The notes under the pieces: model-generated
Database searches by the model: none
Told to the model about the DNA's origin: nothing
What the model saw: the letters and a program-made list of their open reading frames with translations, nothing else
Part shown: positions 11,368-24,728 of the stretch, in pieces
Position numbering within the stretch: the stretch's first letter is position 1
Layout: each line of letters opens with the position of its first letter
Position numbers and translations under genes: made by a program
IMG/VR virus record: IMGVR_UViG_3300045988_035499
Origin: a virus
Direction: 5' to 3' (one strand)
DNA: 64,000 nt

Positions 11368-14300
11368 TCATTTATTCTTTAAAGTTTCAATTTCGGCTTT
11401 AAGCTTATCTATTTCATCCTTGAGTAGTTTAACACCTTCAATAGCAATTACACTAAGCATTTCGTATTCTACCTTCTTTACCTTAACATATTCAACGCCC
11501 TCCTTAGTATATACTTCAAAGCCCTCTTTGTCTTTTACTTCAGATGCTGGAGTTTCTATATCCTCAACTATTTCAGTAAACCCAAGTTCCTCTATATCTT
11601 GAGCTATAGTACCTATTTGTTCTTTATCATTCATAATGAACGATGCAGTAGGTATAGCACAGATTTGTTCTATAGTATGTTCAAGAGGTTTGACATTCGT
11701 TTTAAGTCTGATATCAGATTCTTTCCAGAAACCATTCGGAGCAAACACCTTATTAGCATATATATTTATATATGCATCAAGATTGTTATCCATAAACTTA
11801 AAGCCATTCGTATTAGCTATCAAGCACATGCCAAATCTATTAGCCCAGTGGAAACCAATACGAGGAGCATATATATCTGCTGTTTGAGTATTATCTACTA
11901 ATCCTTGCTCTCTAACTTCCAAACCTCCTGTTCTATAGTAATCTGTGCTAGCATTAGCACCATATACAACTGCATGCCCTTTAACGTCGGCTGTACCATT
12001 AAAACTTTGACCAAATATAGTTCTTGCAGTCTGTAGCTTTGTGGCAGAGGCAACGTTATCCTCTAACGTAGCAAGGATTCTCCACGCATTCCAACTATTT
12101 GCGCTTGGATTACTAGTTCTCCATCGTGGGTTATAATTTGAGCTACTTTTTCCTACATATCCACATAATTGATATGTAGAATATCCTTCAGCTGCTGATC
12201 CTGCTCTAACTGTTATACCTGACCACCAATCAGCAGTTGGTGTACCTGTGTTATTATACCATGCGTACACTTCATAGTTTGGGAAAAAATCTGGAAGTCT
12301 TTCCGAATTACTTATACCATGATTCTGTATTCCTTTAGAAGTAATATTCCAAGTGCCGGATGCACCAGTACCAGTTTTGGTAGGAACGTAATTGGTATAG
12401 TTGTATGAATCTAATACATCATAGTCGGTTCCTGCTCTACGGTGTAATATATTGCTATCTCCACTACGAATGAAGGTTACACCAGACTACATACCCAGTA
12501 TGGAATTAACGCCTTCATAAAGCACTAAACCATTACCGTTTATTCCTAGAATACCACTACCAGTAGCTCTATCATTTAGAGTTAAATAACCTGTCATTGT
12601 ATCTCCTGCTTTCTTTACGAAAGCAGTTGGATTTATTCCACCAACAGTAGTGGCATTATCTGCATTAGCAGCACTATTTACTTTTTCGTTAGTGTACCAA
12701 GGTCTGTAAGCTTGCACTACATGTTGGGCAGTACCAGTTAACGATGTTTCATAGGTTATAGTAAATTTAGTATTCCATGTAGGAGCAACATAAGAATATC
12801 CATTATTAACATTCATAACAGATAAGCCTGTATAGTGCCCTGCTGGGACAGCTACCCATAAGTAACCATCTGTATCATAACCAAATCTTACTTCTATACT
12901 CTTCTATACAGACGTAGTAGCTATTACTTTAGCTGTTGGATTATGCCAATGATTACTACTATAGTTATATCCGCCAACCATTATATCAGTAGCGTGATAA
13001 TCCTAGTATACTCTAATAGTAAATTGTAGCATCCAGGTTTCTTTTGAAAGTATTTTTACCTTATACCATGTACTATTACTATTAGCAGCAGTAGTTCTAT
13101 AATGAGCAAATTGTGAAAATGCATCATACGTAAACCCGCTTAACTTAAGAGAGTTATCAGCAGTACCTGCAGTTGCAGGTTTACCAATACTTACAGTCTG
13201 TGCACTACCTCCAGATGGAGTTACAGTAAAGTTACCAGATGAGCCATTAGCAAAAGTATAAGTAGTATTAGTATTTGTATCTGTCCAAGGTACATTTACA
13301 TACATTTGTTCATTTGATAACTATACTGGATAGTTCTTCCCATTAGCTGTATAACCTATTTTAACGCCACCTCTAGTACTAGCGGATGCTAATGGCAATG
13401 TATAAGTAGTGTCCTACGCAGGTATACCCAATGCCGTAATATCAGCTTTGGTGACTGCAATTGGATTACGTACATGACTTAAAGAGTCAGTTGCAAACTT
13501 ATAGAATCCAAGAGCTTTACTAGGAGCATCTCCTATAGGATGTACATAGTTATTATAAGTAGCGCCTTTAGTTAGTGTCAAAGTATCACCTACAATACTA
13601 CCTGTAGTAACCGCATTACCTGATCCAGATACAGTAATCTTACTTACTTTACCAGAATTAATACCAGTAATATCATCCTATATTTCAGTAATAGTATTAT
13701 TGATATCTGTAATCTAATTAGGTATAGTAGTATCAAGTTTTACCTTATCTGCAGCAGCCATGACACCAGCAGCACTTGAAGATGCAGCGGGTATCGTTAC
13801 TGTTTTAGCTGTAGGAGTAGAATAGTTAATACCACTCTTAGAGGCTCCTGTGTAGTTAAATACTACATTAGATGCATTCGCTGTTGGACTAGTTACTGTA
13901 CTAACCAAATTAGCTGGTAGACTAGTTAAAGCGTCTCTATTTGCTTTACCCTTGTTTCCAGCATATGCGGTACTAGAAGTCTCTCCTAAAGCTAAACTCT
14001 TACTTATTTCAGTATAACCTGTACCAGACCATCTGTAAGTAAGATTAGTATCTAAAGTAACATATATCTTACCTGTTTCACCTGTAGTAGGGAAAGCACT
14101 TAAAGTAGGATATTCTAATACATCGTCTACATAAGATGGTAACTGAGAAGATGGAACTAAACCGTTTGAGTCTAATGATGCTAACCCACCGGGTTGACCT
14201 TTAGTATTAATAAAAGCATTTAGATTATTAGTGATACTAGTATCACCAGCTTTTCTATCGGCTATTTCTTGCTGTAAAGCTTCTTCTAAGTCATCTGTAG

Positions 14301-15459
14301 CACCATCGAACTTATTCTCAATCCTAGTAATCTCTGATATACGTTCTTCGATTTCTTTATTGAGTTTAGCAGTTATACTAATGTCTGCATTAGTTCTATC
14401 ATGAATTTCTAAATCTATACGATCATGTAATATATTATCTTCTCGTATACGACTTTCTTCTTCCTTATTTATATTATTCTATAGAGTATCATCAGCTTTT
14501 TCTCTATCGGCTATTTCTTTATCTATCTACTGTTGAAGTAAAGTATCTGCGTCAGTTCTATCCTAGATTTCTTTGTCGATTCTCTCATCAACCCTAGTAA
14601 TCTCGTTAGTTCTGTCTACTATCTCCTTATCAATCTTAGTATCTACTCTTTCAATTTCGCTGATACGATCCGATATCTCTTTATCGACCCTACTATCTAC
14701 TCTTGTTATTTCGTCTTTACGGTCTTGAATTTCCTTATTTAGAGCTTCTCTAAGACTTTCTAATTCATTAGGAATAGTAACATCTAACTTATACTTATCT
14801 TCTTTACTCATGATACCATCTTGATCTACAGTAGCTTTGGCTAAGAACAGATCTATATAGATGTTATCTCCACTTTTTGTAGTAGTCCATTTGATACAGG
14901 GAGTATTTGTATTAGTAAGATTAATAGCCTCTGTTACTAAATCATATACAGATGTATTAGTGTTGTCCTTAATCTTAATGTTGGTTAAAGCTAAATCACC
15001 AATATATATATACTTACCATTGTCAGTAAGTACATAATCTCCATCACCAGTAGTTTTAAGTGCTAAAGTATTGTATAAGGTTCTGTTATAGTCTAATTCT
15101 TTACTTACTGTAATACTTTCAAATTCAACAGTAGTAATATTATTAGAGCCTTCTTCCTTAACATAGTTAGGAAATTCTAACTACAATTCACCATTTACTA
15201 TAGAATGCTCTGTAGATACTAACAAACCTTTTCTGCTAGCATTAGGAGTATATATAAGTAGATTGTCTCTTATAGCGTTATATAGTCTACCGTATTCTTC
15301 TGCACTTACTTTTCCATCTGTTACTACAGGATCAAATACATATACAGACATGCCTTTGAACGATGTAATCTTTATCTTACCGTTATGTTCACCTTCCTAA
15401 AAAGGTATCATCTCATTACCAGTAAGATTTACACGTTCTTCAGCTTGACTAATTTTCAA
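11368..15459 (-). CDS. long tail fibre with a C-terminal S74-type intramolecular chaperone domain
   Basis: Five ORF fragments share frame 1, with 12 in-frame TAG. An upstream TGA at 15658 bounds the frame. No ATG lies near the conserved N-terminus, so a TTG start at 15459 is inferred ((M)KISQAEERVNLTGNEMIPF). GFWKE|SDIRLK is at about 11716. Confidence 0.65.
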
Positions 15460-15463
15460 GCCT

Positions 15464-15880
15464 TTAATTCTTGTTGGTATTATTTGGGTTTTCTACTAAA
15501 TCTTCATATCTCTAAGTTTCTAATAATAATACTCCACCATCTTCCCATAACCAAGGATCTTCATTCTCTTCTAATAAAGCAAGTATAAATGGATCGTCTA
15601 TAATACAAGTAGGCTTACCACAACCATAATCACATGATTGACAGTAAGGTAACAACTTCATAGGTCTATTACTGTACAACTAAGGATGTACTCTAGTAAT
15701 TAACCTAGCTAACATATCTGTATCAGTAGACTTAGTAGCCTACGATGTGCGACTATATTCTAACAAATCTGTCAGCTCATTGTACACAATCGTAGCTACT
15801 ATATCTCTGTTATTTCTGATAATACTATTCTTTATAATAGAATTAGTCTTATCGTTTATGTAATATTTTGGATCGTTCAT
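15464..15880 (-). CDS. small Cys-rich protein with a GGVLLLET motif
   Basis: ATG 15880-15878, TAA 15466-15464. Three TAG (15740, 15680, 15512). Contains CQSCDYGCGKPTC. Confidence 0.5.
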
Positions 15881-15881
15881 A

Positions 15882-18800
15882 TTATCCTATAGTACCATAG
15901 TTCATTAATTGATTTAAAACCCATGTATTGTGTGAAGAACCAGTATTTTTTACTCCATAACATATATATGCAGATGAATTTGTCAAATTTACAACTCCAC
16001 TAGTCCCTTCAATTGTTGTTTTTATAGAAGCGTCTCCTCTATATGTCTCTGGCATTTCTCTATGAGTTAGTCTGTCACCTGAAGTAGCCATAGTTATCCT
16101 ATGACCCATATATGATCTTGTATATACTGGAGTAACAAATAGTATAGTTTTACCATATCCTTCTGGAATATCTGGCAAATTCAGATATCCATACATTCCT
16201 TGAGAGTCTAATTGTGATACATTTTGCTCAAAAGAACTTTCGAGCGTAAGATTACCGTCACTATCCCACGTTATTCCACCATTAGCTAATGAACCACTGC
16301 CATCCTTTTTTACTTGTATGGGAGTACTAACTGAAACTTGAGTACCAGTCTCCATTATATCTAAAGACATACCTGCCTCACTAATTCCAAATCTAGTATT
16401 ACCAAGATAGGTAAGAATTCCAGCTCTAGTTAACTTAACAGAATTATTACCATTTTTTACTTCAATAGATGTATCTGCACCATTAGCTGCTAAATGTACA
16501 CCGCCAGCTCCAAAGTAAGCTTCGCCATTGGCGAAGTCTAATAAAAAGTTAGGTCTGAACTCATTAGATGTATTCATAGGATCATCTGTATTTATAAGCT
16601 GATACTAACTACTATTCTCATTACTAGCATTCTTACCTCTCTGTGAGAACATCAGATTGTTGTTGAATACAGCTCCACCAACTAAAGCATTTGGAGTAAT
16701 TAATACATTAGCAAATACAGCCTCATAATTTTCTAACTTAGCCCATGCACCAGATGTATCAGTTGCAGGAGATACATTATTCTGTTGTGTACCAATCCAT
16801 GTCATTACAGACTTAAGATAATAGAAATCACCATCACTAGTATCATATACATACGGAGCTTTTTCACCATCGTTAATATATGGAGTAGTAGTACTATAAA
16901 TACCTTGAGGATAGATAATTGGCTGTGAACCTACTGGATCTGGTACTATAATACCTCCCATAGGATTAGGTTTAGACCAAGCAGTCTCCATAGTATCATT
17001 GATGATTCTACATTGAATAAACCATATATAGTTGTATTCATCTCCATTAACTAATTCTGGTACATCTAATGACCAACCTGTAGGATTTCTCTTCCATTTC
17101 ATTGAGTCACTCCATTGTTCTCCAGTATAAGTAGTTTCAGTACCTTTGCAGTATTTTACTTCATAACCTACACCAGGAATACCAGAAGCACCAGTAGAGC
17201 CAGTCATATAATATGGATCAGCCCAATCAGTAAGTAAAGTATTATCCACACCACTAATAGTAGCAAATGTAGCCCATAAAACTGGTCCATCACTTAATAC
17301 AGGAGCAGTAGAACTCCAACCAGTTGGATACCTATCTGATTTATTTAAGCTAGGAGGAGTAGACCAACTATTGTTTCTAGCGAATCTATACTCAGTATAA
17401 TTACCATCTGCACCTTGAACAGTACCAACGTTTACCCAAGTCTCTCCATTCCATACCCACAAATAACCATCAATTACATAAGCATCTCCTATTTCATTAC
17501 CAGTCATTGGTAAATCATCGGTAGATTCTAGAGTACCTTTAATAACAATTCCTTGTCCAGTTACTTTGATAACAGCTCCCCATTCGATAACAGTTGCTGT
17601 TTCACCTTGTACTAATGCGGTAGATTTCCACCATGTTCCAGTACTCATATCAGGTACATTTACCCAACCATTACCTGGAGCATAAGGGTCACTACTAGTA
17701 GGTTTATCAGGTTTGGTAGTAGCTTGTTTAAAAGCGTCTACTTGGTAGTTAAAGTTATTACCATCTAAACCAGGTACACCTGTAATCAAATAAGGACCTT
17801 GCCATCCTCTTTCTTCCTCAGGAAGATTCTCATCTATATACAACTTATTATCGTAAGTAACTAAAGCTTGAATGCCCCATATAGCTTGTTTACCAGTAGC
17901 AGTAGGCATACCTACACCCCATATGCTACCTGGATTAATATTCAGTCTATCTGGATCTCTAGGTTTAACATCACTACCAGATGTACGAGTATACATTACT
18001 CTAATACTCATACCGTCTTGACCGTTATCTCCATATTTGGCCCATAATGCTGGAGAACTAAAATTACCCCATTTGTGAGTATTACCATCGTACTTTCTTT
18101 GACTAACCCACTCATATTGATAAGTTTGACTTACACCACTAGGATCATCTGTCCAAGGTTCTTCTCCTGGATAAGATGACGGTATATACTCATCTACATC
18201 TGGATTATTATCGGTGATATTATGAGGAGGAGCAGGTAGTTTAGTACGTTGGAATATATATTCTCTACCATCCCCGTCTTTACCATTTACTCCCCATTTA
18301 GACCAAATAGTAGGGCCTTGCCAGTCACTCCACAAACCACTATCTTCTATAGTACGGCTACATACCCATTCGCATTGATATGATTCACTTATACCTGAAG
18401 GTTGATCTGTCCATCCTTCTGGTACATAATCAGTCTGATTAGGATTGTTATCAGGCTTTTCAGGTTTAGTAAGGCTAGTTACAGTAAGTTTATAGATGAA
18501 TTCTATACTAGTACCATCCGCACCATCCTTACCATCTTCTCCAGTAAGTCTAACCGGAGTAGTCCAAGCCTATACTTGAGTCCCATTACTTGAAAAGGCT
18601 GCAGTAGACATCCATACATAACCGTTAGGATTAACATCTGTTCCAACCCAACCAGCTGGATATATTACTATATTGTTAACTGCATCCCAGCTACCTCCTA
18701 CAGGGGTATCAGGTCTAGTTGTAGTAGAAGTAGATTTATAGGCAATTACATTTCTGATAGTATCTCCATCTATTCCAGGAACTCCATCTATACCATCCTT

Positions 18801-19106
18801 ACCATCTTTACCGTCTTTACCGTCTTTACCGCTATATCCTGGGTCACCTTTAGAGCCAGCAGGAATACCAAATGTAAAAGTAAACTCATTGTCTTCTAAT
18901 GCTACACTAGCGGTAGGTACACTTGCAGTATACGCTCTATCTACTTTAGCTTTAAACTTAGAGCTATTTATAATAACATCTCCTATCTATTCTAACGGTA
19001 TCTTATAGTTTGCATCTTTCTCAGCAATAACTGCATATTCAGCACCAGTGAACGAGTTTTTGCCTTCTAGATCTAATATCTTTACGCCATCACATTTCTG
19101 TGTCAT
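15882..19106 (-). CDS. tail protein with a collagen-like GKD repeat and repeated P.GW.D.P modules
   Basis: ATG 19106-19104. Frame 0 was scanned: three TAG (18987, 18570, 16605). TAA at 15882. GYSGKDGKDGKDGKDGIDGVPGIDG is encoded at about 18790-18850. Confidence 0.7.
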
Positions 19107-19118
19107 AATTCTTTAATT

Positions 19119-19793
19119 TTAAATTCTACAACAACCATTAATACAACCACTAGAGTACAGAGTAGACGTAGTAGTAATCTTATCTTTTTCTAACTTCAAA
19201 CACTTATTTCCCTCAGTACGTAAGCATTTAGAATCTTGAGTTAGAATACAATTATTACAGCAATTCCTACTACTATTACAATTATTGCTATTACCCTAGA
19301 GTGATATCTCTAACAATCTGCATACATCGATATAAAGCAACATTGCATCTTTGAAATGACCAGATTGTATAGCATACTCCAACAACTGACGCTTAAACAC
19401 TATAAGCATTAAATTCTACATAGTCTCATCATCAAGACATGTAGAACACTTTGTATGCAGCTTTCTAATCTCTGCTGTATATATAATCTCAGGATTGTAG
19501 TATACCCCATAGAAACGAATCTCTTCGTTCTCATTATAGCATTTGAATGTAATATACTTTATATTCCAGTCTAATTCTAGTATCTCTTCATTTGTTACTA
19601 CTACTTCATTATCTTCAATAGTAATCTCCTCAGTAAAGATATAATTATGTTCTGGAATATCATCTAGTATATTCTTCAAATTGCATGCTTCATCGACATA
19701 GACCTCAACATCGTAGCCAGATAAATCTATATCTGTATCTACCTTGAAACTAAGTCTATTGCCATTTATTTGTACATTTATTAATTTGTCCAT
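19119..19793 (-). CDS. hypothetical protein with a Cys-rich C-terminus
   Basis: ATG 19793-19791 (MDKLINVQING). Two TAG (19416, 19296). TAA 19121-19119. Confidence 0.5.
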
Positions 19794-19804
19794 ATATAAA
19801 CAAT

Positions 19805-19840
19805 AAAAAAAGTGAAGAGTGGAATATTCCACACTCCACT
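19805..19840 (-). terminator. intrinsic terminator-like hairpin
   Basis: 15-bp stem (agtgaagagtggaat / attccacactccact, one mismatch) followed on the minus strand by a T6 run. Lies directly after gene 19898..20872. Confidence 0.55.
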
Positions 19841-19897
19841 TTTATAATTTGTAAAAGGAATACTGTATTTTACTAAGTGTTAATCCCTCTATGTATA

Positions 19898-20872
19898 TTA
19901 AGCTATTTCTTTGCCAGCAATAAATGACTGAATACCTTTATCTACAATAGAACCAACTAAACTAGGACAATAAACTTCTGCAGTTAACGGAGTAGTCTTG
20001 ATATACTGATTATCATTGCTCAGATACAAGTTATCGTTTTCAATGATAGCGTAATCATATTCTGCATCTTCAACTACTTTACGATCCTGTTCTACGATAG
20101 GATAAGCGCCTGTAAATACATGACCTTTATAACCCATATAAGTTACTTCTGCATCACGTACTTGCTTCCAGTAACCCTTACCAGGAGTACCGTTAGTCTT
20201 AGTGATAACAGCACCTGCAACAGCTGTAGGCTGATTAGCTAACAGAGCACCTGGAATAGTTTCATACAAAGAAGCTTCCATAGAAACTACTGAGTACTGA
20301 TTCAAAGAATATACTCCTTCGTTATCATCCTTAACCATAGCAGTCAAAGTAATTACACCAGCAGCGTTGGTAGCCTGTACTCTGCGATTCTTGTGAGCAT
20401 TAATTTTCTTAACAATTGCTTCTGTCAAGTCATTTGCTACATTGGTATTAGCATATACTTCATAACTGTGAGTGAATTGACCCGGAGCTTCATACATATC
20501 TTTGTAGACGATACGCAGAACGTAACGGTTACCTGCAACAATAGTAGCAGCACTTAAGTCAATAGTAATTTTTTCCTGAACAGGAGCAACATATTCGCCA
20601 ATTACTGCAGACGGTTTAGAAGCTTTCTGAATCTCTGTAGAGAAGTCAACATTAGCTTTCTGAGCTACTGTACCATCGGGCATAGTAACATTGATTTTCG
20701 GACCTGCAACACCTACATACAAAGAAGTAGCTTCTGCAGCATCAGCAGCTGTTTTAATAATGCTCTTATTTTCGTCAAACAAAGCTACGTCACCGTTAGC
20801 CAAAGCATCTACCGTAGTATAAGAAGCAGGACATTGTTTACCGATTAATACGGTATGTACTGAAGTTATCAT
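19898..20872 (-). CDS. virion structural protein (capsid auxiliary/decoration candidate)
   Basis: Intact 324-aa ORF that is TAG-free and looks GC-richer by eye. It has its own downstream terminator hairpin and sits inside the head gene block. The specific role is inferred from context only. Confidence 0.45.
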   Translation of the reverse strand: MITSVHTVLIGKQCPASYTTVDALANGDVALFDENKSIIKTAADAAEATSLYVGVAGPKINVTMPDGTVAQKANVDFSTEIQKASKPSAVIGEYVAPVQEKITIDLSAATIVAGNRYVLRIVYKDMYEAPGQFTHSYEVYANTNVANDLTEAIVKKINAHKNRRVQATNAAGVITLTAMVKDDNEGVYSLNQYSVVSMEASLYETIPGALLANQPTAVAGAVITKTNGTPGKGYWKQVRDAEVTYMGYKGHVFTGAYPIVEQDRKVVEDAEYDYAIIENDNLYLSNDNQYIKTTPLTAEVYCPSLVGSIVDKGIQSFIAGKEIA

Positions 20873-20982
20873 ATAATTTTATTAATTTTTAGTTATTAGA
20901 CAATTTGCGCACGTCTAACTATTCGTTCTTCTACTTTCACCTATAGTGATTTCCACGTCAAACGAACGCTTTATTATTCTTT

Positions 20983-21639
20983 CTAAGTTTCCTTAGATTT
21001 ACTACCAGCTATATTAGTTACTAACAACTGTACTGCTAGATCTACTATATCCTGGTGAGTATTTTCTGGCAAATCTGTATACTCTTTAGTAAGATCTTCA
21101 AATTTGCCTAAATCTTTTGCTTTTCTCAAGTAAGTCAACTCGTAACTATTGATACCATATTTACCATCTGTGTACAATATGATAGTATTATCTTGATACA
21201 GTCTTAATGGTCTTGCTTGATTATAGCGCAATCTATGATCTGATAAGCTATTATTTAACTGAGAACTAATATTCTCTATAGTAGCTTCTAATACATCAGA
21301 TTCATGTACAATTAAATTATTGCACTTATTATCTTTTATAGATATGTAAACATTTTCTCCTAATGCGAATACATAGTCATCAGGGTAATCTGTTTCCCAT
21401 TTCTTACCTGATACTCTAAAGTTACCAGCATTATAAGTCTAAGTCTTTACTAGAGTTCTAATGTTATCACTTAGTTCTTGATTAGCTTGAAATATACGAA
21501 ATAACTATTTAGTATATTCATCTTTAGCTTTATTCAGATAATGAAATAAAGTATCTGAAGGATACTTAATAGTTTTATCATAGCTAGGTATGATACTATC
21601 AAGCTATCTTTCCATATTAATTTGAAATTGTCTCTCAGT
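20983..21639 (-). CDS. head-tail joining module protein (hypothetical)
   Basis: ATG 21639-21637. Three TAG (21604, 21505, 21439). TAA at 20983. Confidence 0.45.
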
Positions 21640-21644
21640 CATAA

Positions 21645-22358
21645 TTATTCAGATACTTGGTTTAATTGTAACTTAGTAGTTGTTCTTTGAGATTCTATAT
21701 TCTCTAAAGCTATTACTACAGCTCTATTGATAATCTCATTCATAACATCTTCTGGGAAGTCTAATTCTTCTTCTGGCTCTGTATAGTTGAACTTCTTAGG
21801 TTTCTTTATATACGTAATATCTACTCTGTAATACTTACCATCTTCGTCAGTTCTAGGACCATACATAGGATCTAATGACATAATAGGATCAACATATACT
21901 AAGAAGTTATTATCTTCAAGTACAGCAATTGGGTTTTCTACCCAAGGTATATTATTATAAGTCTACTTGTATAGCCCAGCTACTGCATGAGTAGTTATGC
22001 TACAATTAGCTTCTAAGTCACCATATTTAAGTACTGCACTAAGTATAGTCATTCTGTGATTATCTTCTCCGTGTATCTCATCTATGACATATTCGTTGTT
22101 ATTAGTGTTCCACGCTTGGAGATTTTCATCAGTAGCTATAAGCCTATTAATCTCAGATATATTGGATATGCTGCCCTCTAGATCTACTCTAAGAGCATTA
22201 TTACCCGTAGTCTTATTACTTAATATCTCCAGTTGAGCTTGATTAAGGAATAAGTCTATTTCTTCAGGTAAAAATGCAGGGCATCCACCAAAGGCGATAC
22301 CCTCCGCATTCTTATCTAAAATTACTTTAAAGTATATATGAGAATCCTTATTATTCAT
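21645..22358 (-). CDS. head-tail connector/adaptor candidate
   Basis: ORFs 21963..22358 and 21645..21881 are in frame, joined through a TAG at 21963. Position lies between the capsid and tail genes. Confidence 0.45.
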
Positions 22359-23110
22359 TACTTAGACTTAATTTCATTAAGTATTGCTAACTTAATATCT
22401 TGATTCTTTTTATCTTTTAAATATGTAATTACATCCTCTAAACCATTACCAATTAAGTCAGTTCCAAAATAGTACTGAGCTCTATTCTTTCTAATAATGT
22501 TTTTAGCAACAGCTTCTTCAATTACATAGTTAATTTCTTTGTTTGGATTTTCAACCCATTTCATCATAAAGGTCTTAGGAGAGCTTTCGATCTGTTCAGT
22601 TAATTTGGCTTCTACAAGTTCATTAGACATAGTATCAGATTTAATACCATACAGTCTAAGACACTTACGCATTTCTTCGATAGACATCTTATCCATCTCT
22701 CTATATGCTTCACGCTTAATCTTATTGATCTTATTAGCTTCTTCTGCTTCACTATCTTTGTTAATTATAACATAATCAGTAGCTGCTGTAATCTTATTTA
22801 AACCATTTGCTACTCTTTTATGATTCTTGAGGAATATGTATTTGAGTTCATCTTCTGGTCTATCTGTATCTAAAATAACATCCTTCTTACCAATCTTAAT
22901 GGCAAAAGTGTCCCAAAATGAACTACTAGGGGATAACTACCCTGGTTGATAACCAATTTCTTTTTCTAATCTTTCTGCATCTGCAGCAGTCAAGCCAGTA
23001 TACAGATTACCAGATCTCGTCCAGTATGAGCTTACATAATCATAACATGTAGGCCATTTTGTAATCCCAGTCCAGGGATTAGATTTAATTATTCTAACGA
23101 TTACTTCCAT
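22358..23110 (-). CDS. hypothetical virion-module protein
   Basis: ATG 23110-23108. One TAG (22937). Stop at 22358 overlaps the next ATG. Confidence 0.5.
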
Positions 23111-23150
23111 AATATTTAATTAGATTGTTCAGTTAGTTATTGTTTTCTAA

Positions 23151-23184
23151 TCATAGTAGTATGCTTTTTAACATACTACTATGA
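23151..23184 (-). terminator. 13-bp perfect hairpin downstream of the capsid gene
   Basis: tcatagtagtatg-ctttttaa-catactactatga. No clean U tract, so its function is uncertain. Confidence 0.35.
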
Positions 23185-23222
23185 CAGAATATTTTAGTTA
23201 AGGTTCCTCAATCGCGGCGAAA

Positions 23223-24692
23223 TTATTCTGCTTCCATGATCAATTCTCCGCAGGCTCTGGGGTCGCGGAGCATAATACCCATCTCACCCAAGAAGAATAC
23301 AGTGTAGCCGTCCTTACCGTTAGATCTCAGAGTATTCTTAGAGTTAGCATAACCAGACGGAGCAACGGCACCACCAGTATACCAAGTAACGAATTCACGA
23401 TCTTTACGAACTACCTTAACGATGTTAGCTTCACCATCACGTCTACCCAGATCCAGGAATGTCATACGATATGATTCCAACGGTTTCAGAGTAACAGGGT
23501 GCAACTGACGATTGTATACGATATCGTCATACAACGGGAAATACTTCAGAGTAAGTTCAATACCATTTGTCATTGAGTAAGTCTTGAACTGACCACCGAA
23601 CTTCAAGTTATCACCAGAACCAGTTACAAATACAGTATCCGTCAAGTTCATGTTAACAACTTTTTCCTTCAACAGTCTGTCGAATTCTCTCATACCCATT
23701 TCACCAGTCAAAGCAACAAACTTACGTTCATTAGTACCAAGTACATTGTAAGACAGGTCAAACAAGAAGTCTTCCAACAGTTCTGCAGTAAGACGAGTAT
23801 AGTAACGTCTGTTAGACGGAGCAATTTGTTCAAGCAAACCAGCACCGATAAATACCGGACGACCGTTAGTACCCTTCAAATTACAAGATCCATCTTTGTT
23901 TACATTGTTTTTCATGTAAACTAACATACGTTCACATCTCTTATACCATTCACGTAATGCAACCCATTCCTGATAATCAGCCCACAGATAGGAAGTCTTT
24001 CCAGTCTTAGGATCTTTCAGGGCAATTGCCATTACTGTAGAATAAGCTGAACCAGTGATATCATAGTTGATACGAATTGTCGTAAGATAATTACGCATCT
24101 TAAAATGAGTATTATAGTTCAGGATATCACCTTCTTCACTGTATTCTTCAACAGCAGAAGCAAGACGTGATACTTGACAACCCGGTTTCAGATATTCAGA
24201 AGGAATATAAGAACTCGGCTGGCCATCGGCTACGAAGCAAGTATATACCCAAAGATTACCATCTTGGTACGGAGCACCTGAAACACGTACTTGGAAGTCT
24301 TTATTATCGAATTCAAGTACTGCAGTAGGACCGAACCAGTTATCTTCCAACCACAACAGGATAGGAGTATTGTTCAAACCAGCAGTAGAAGTTTCAGTAA
24401 TAGCTGCGCCATTCCATTTTGCATCTCTGATTGTAACAGCTCTATCTGCATCAATCATTACTTTCCACTCCCAACTCGGCTGATCAATGGTCATTACATT
24501 ACCAAGACCACCAGTCAACATATCCAAAGAAGTGTTGTAACCATTATCCTTAGTTCCAAATACATAAGATAACACGGTAGCAACCTGATATGGATTCTAT
24601 TGTGAAGCCTCCGAAATTTTGGCAGTATCAATCAAATCACTAAACCATTTTCCTTTGTACAGTACTAAGTTATTTAGAATATTATTATCCAT
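23223..24692 (-). CDS. major capsid protein (HK97-fold type, crAss-like)
   Basis: 489 codons. ATG 24692-24690 (MDNNILNNLVLYKGKW). One TAG at 24597. The size, the position after a scaffold-like gene and the sequence character fit crAss-like major capsid proteins. Confidence 0.7.
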
Positions 24693-24728
24693 AAAATACT
24701 AGTAATTTTAAATTTAATTTGTTAAATA

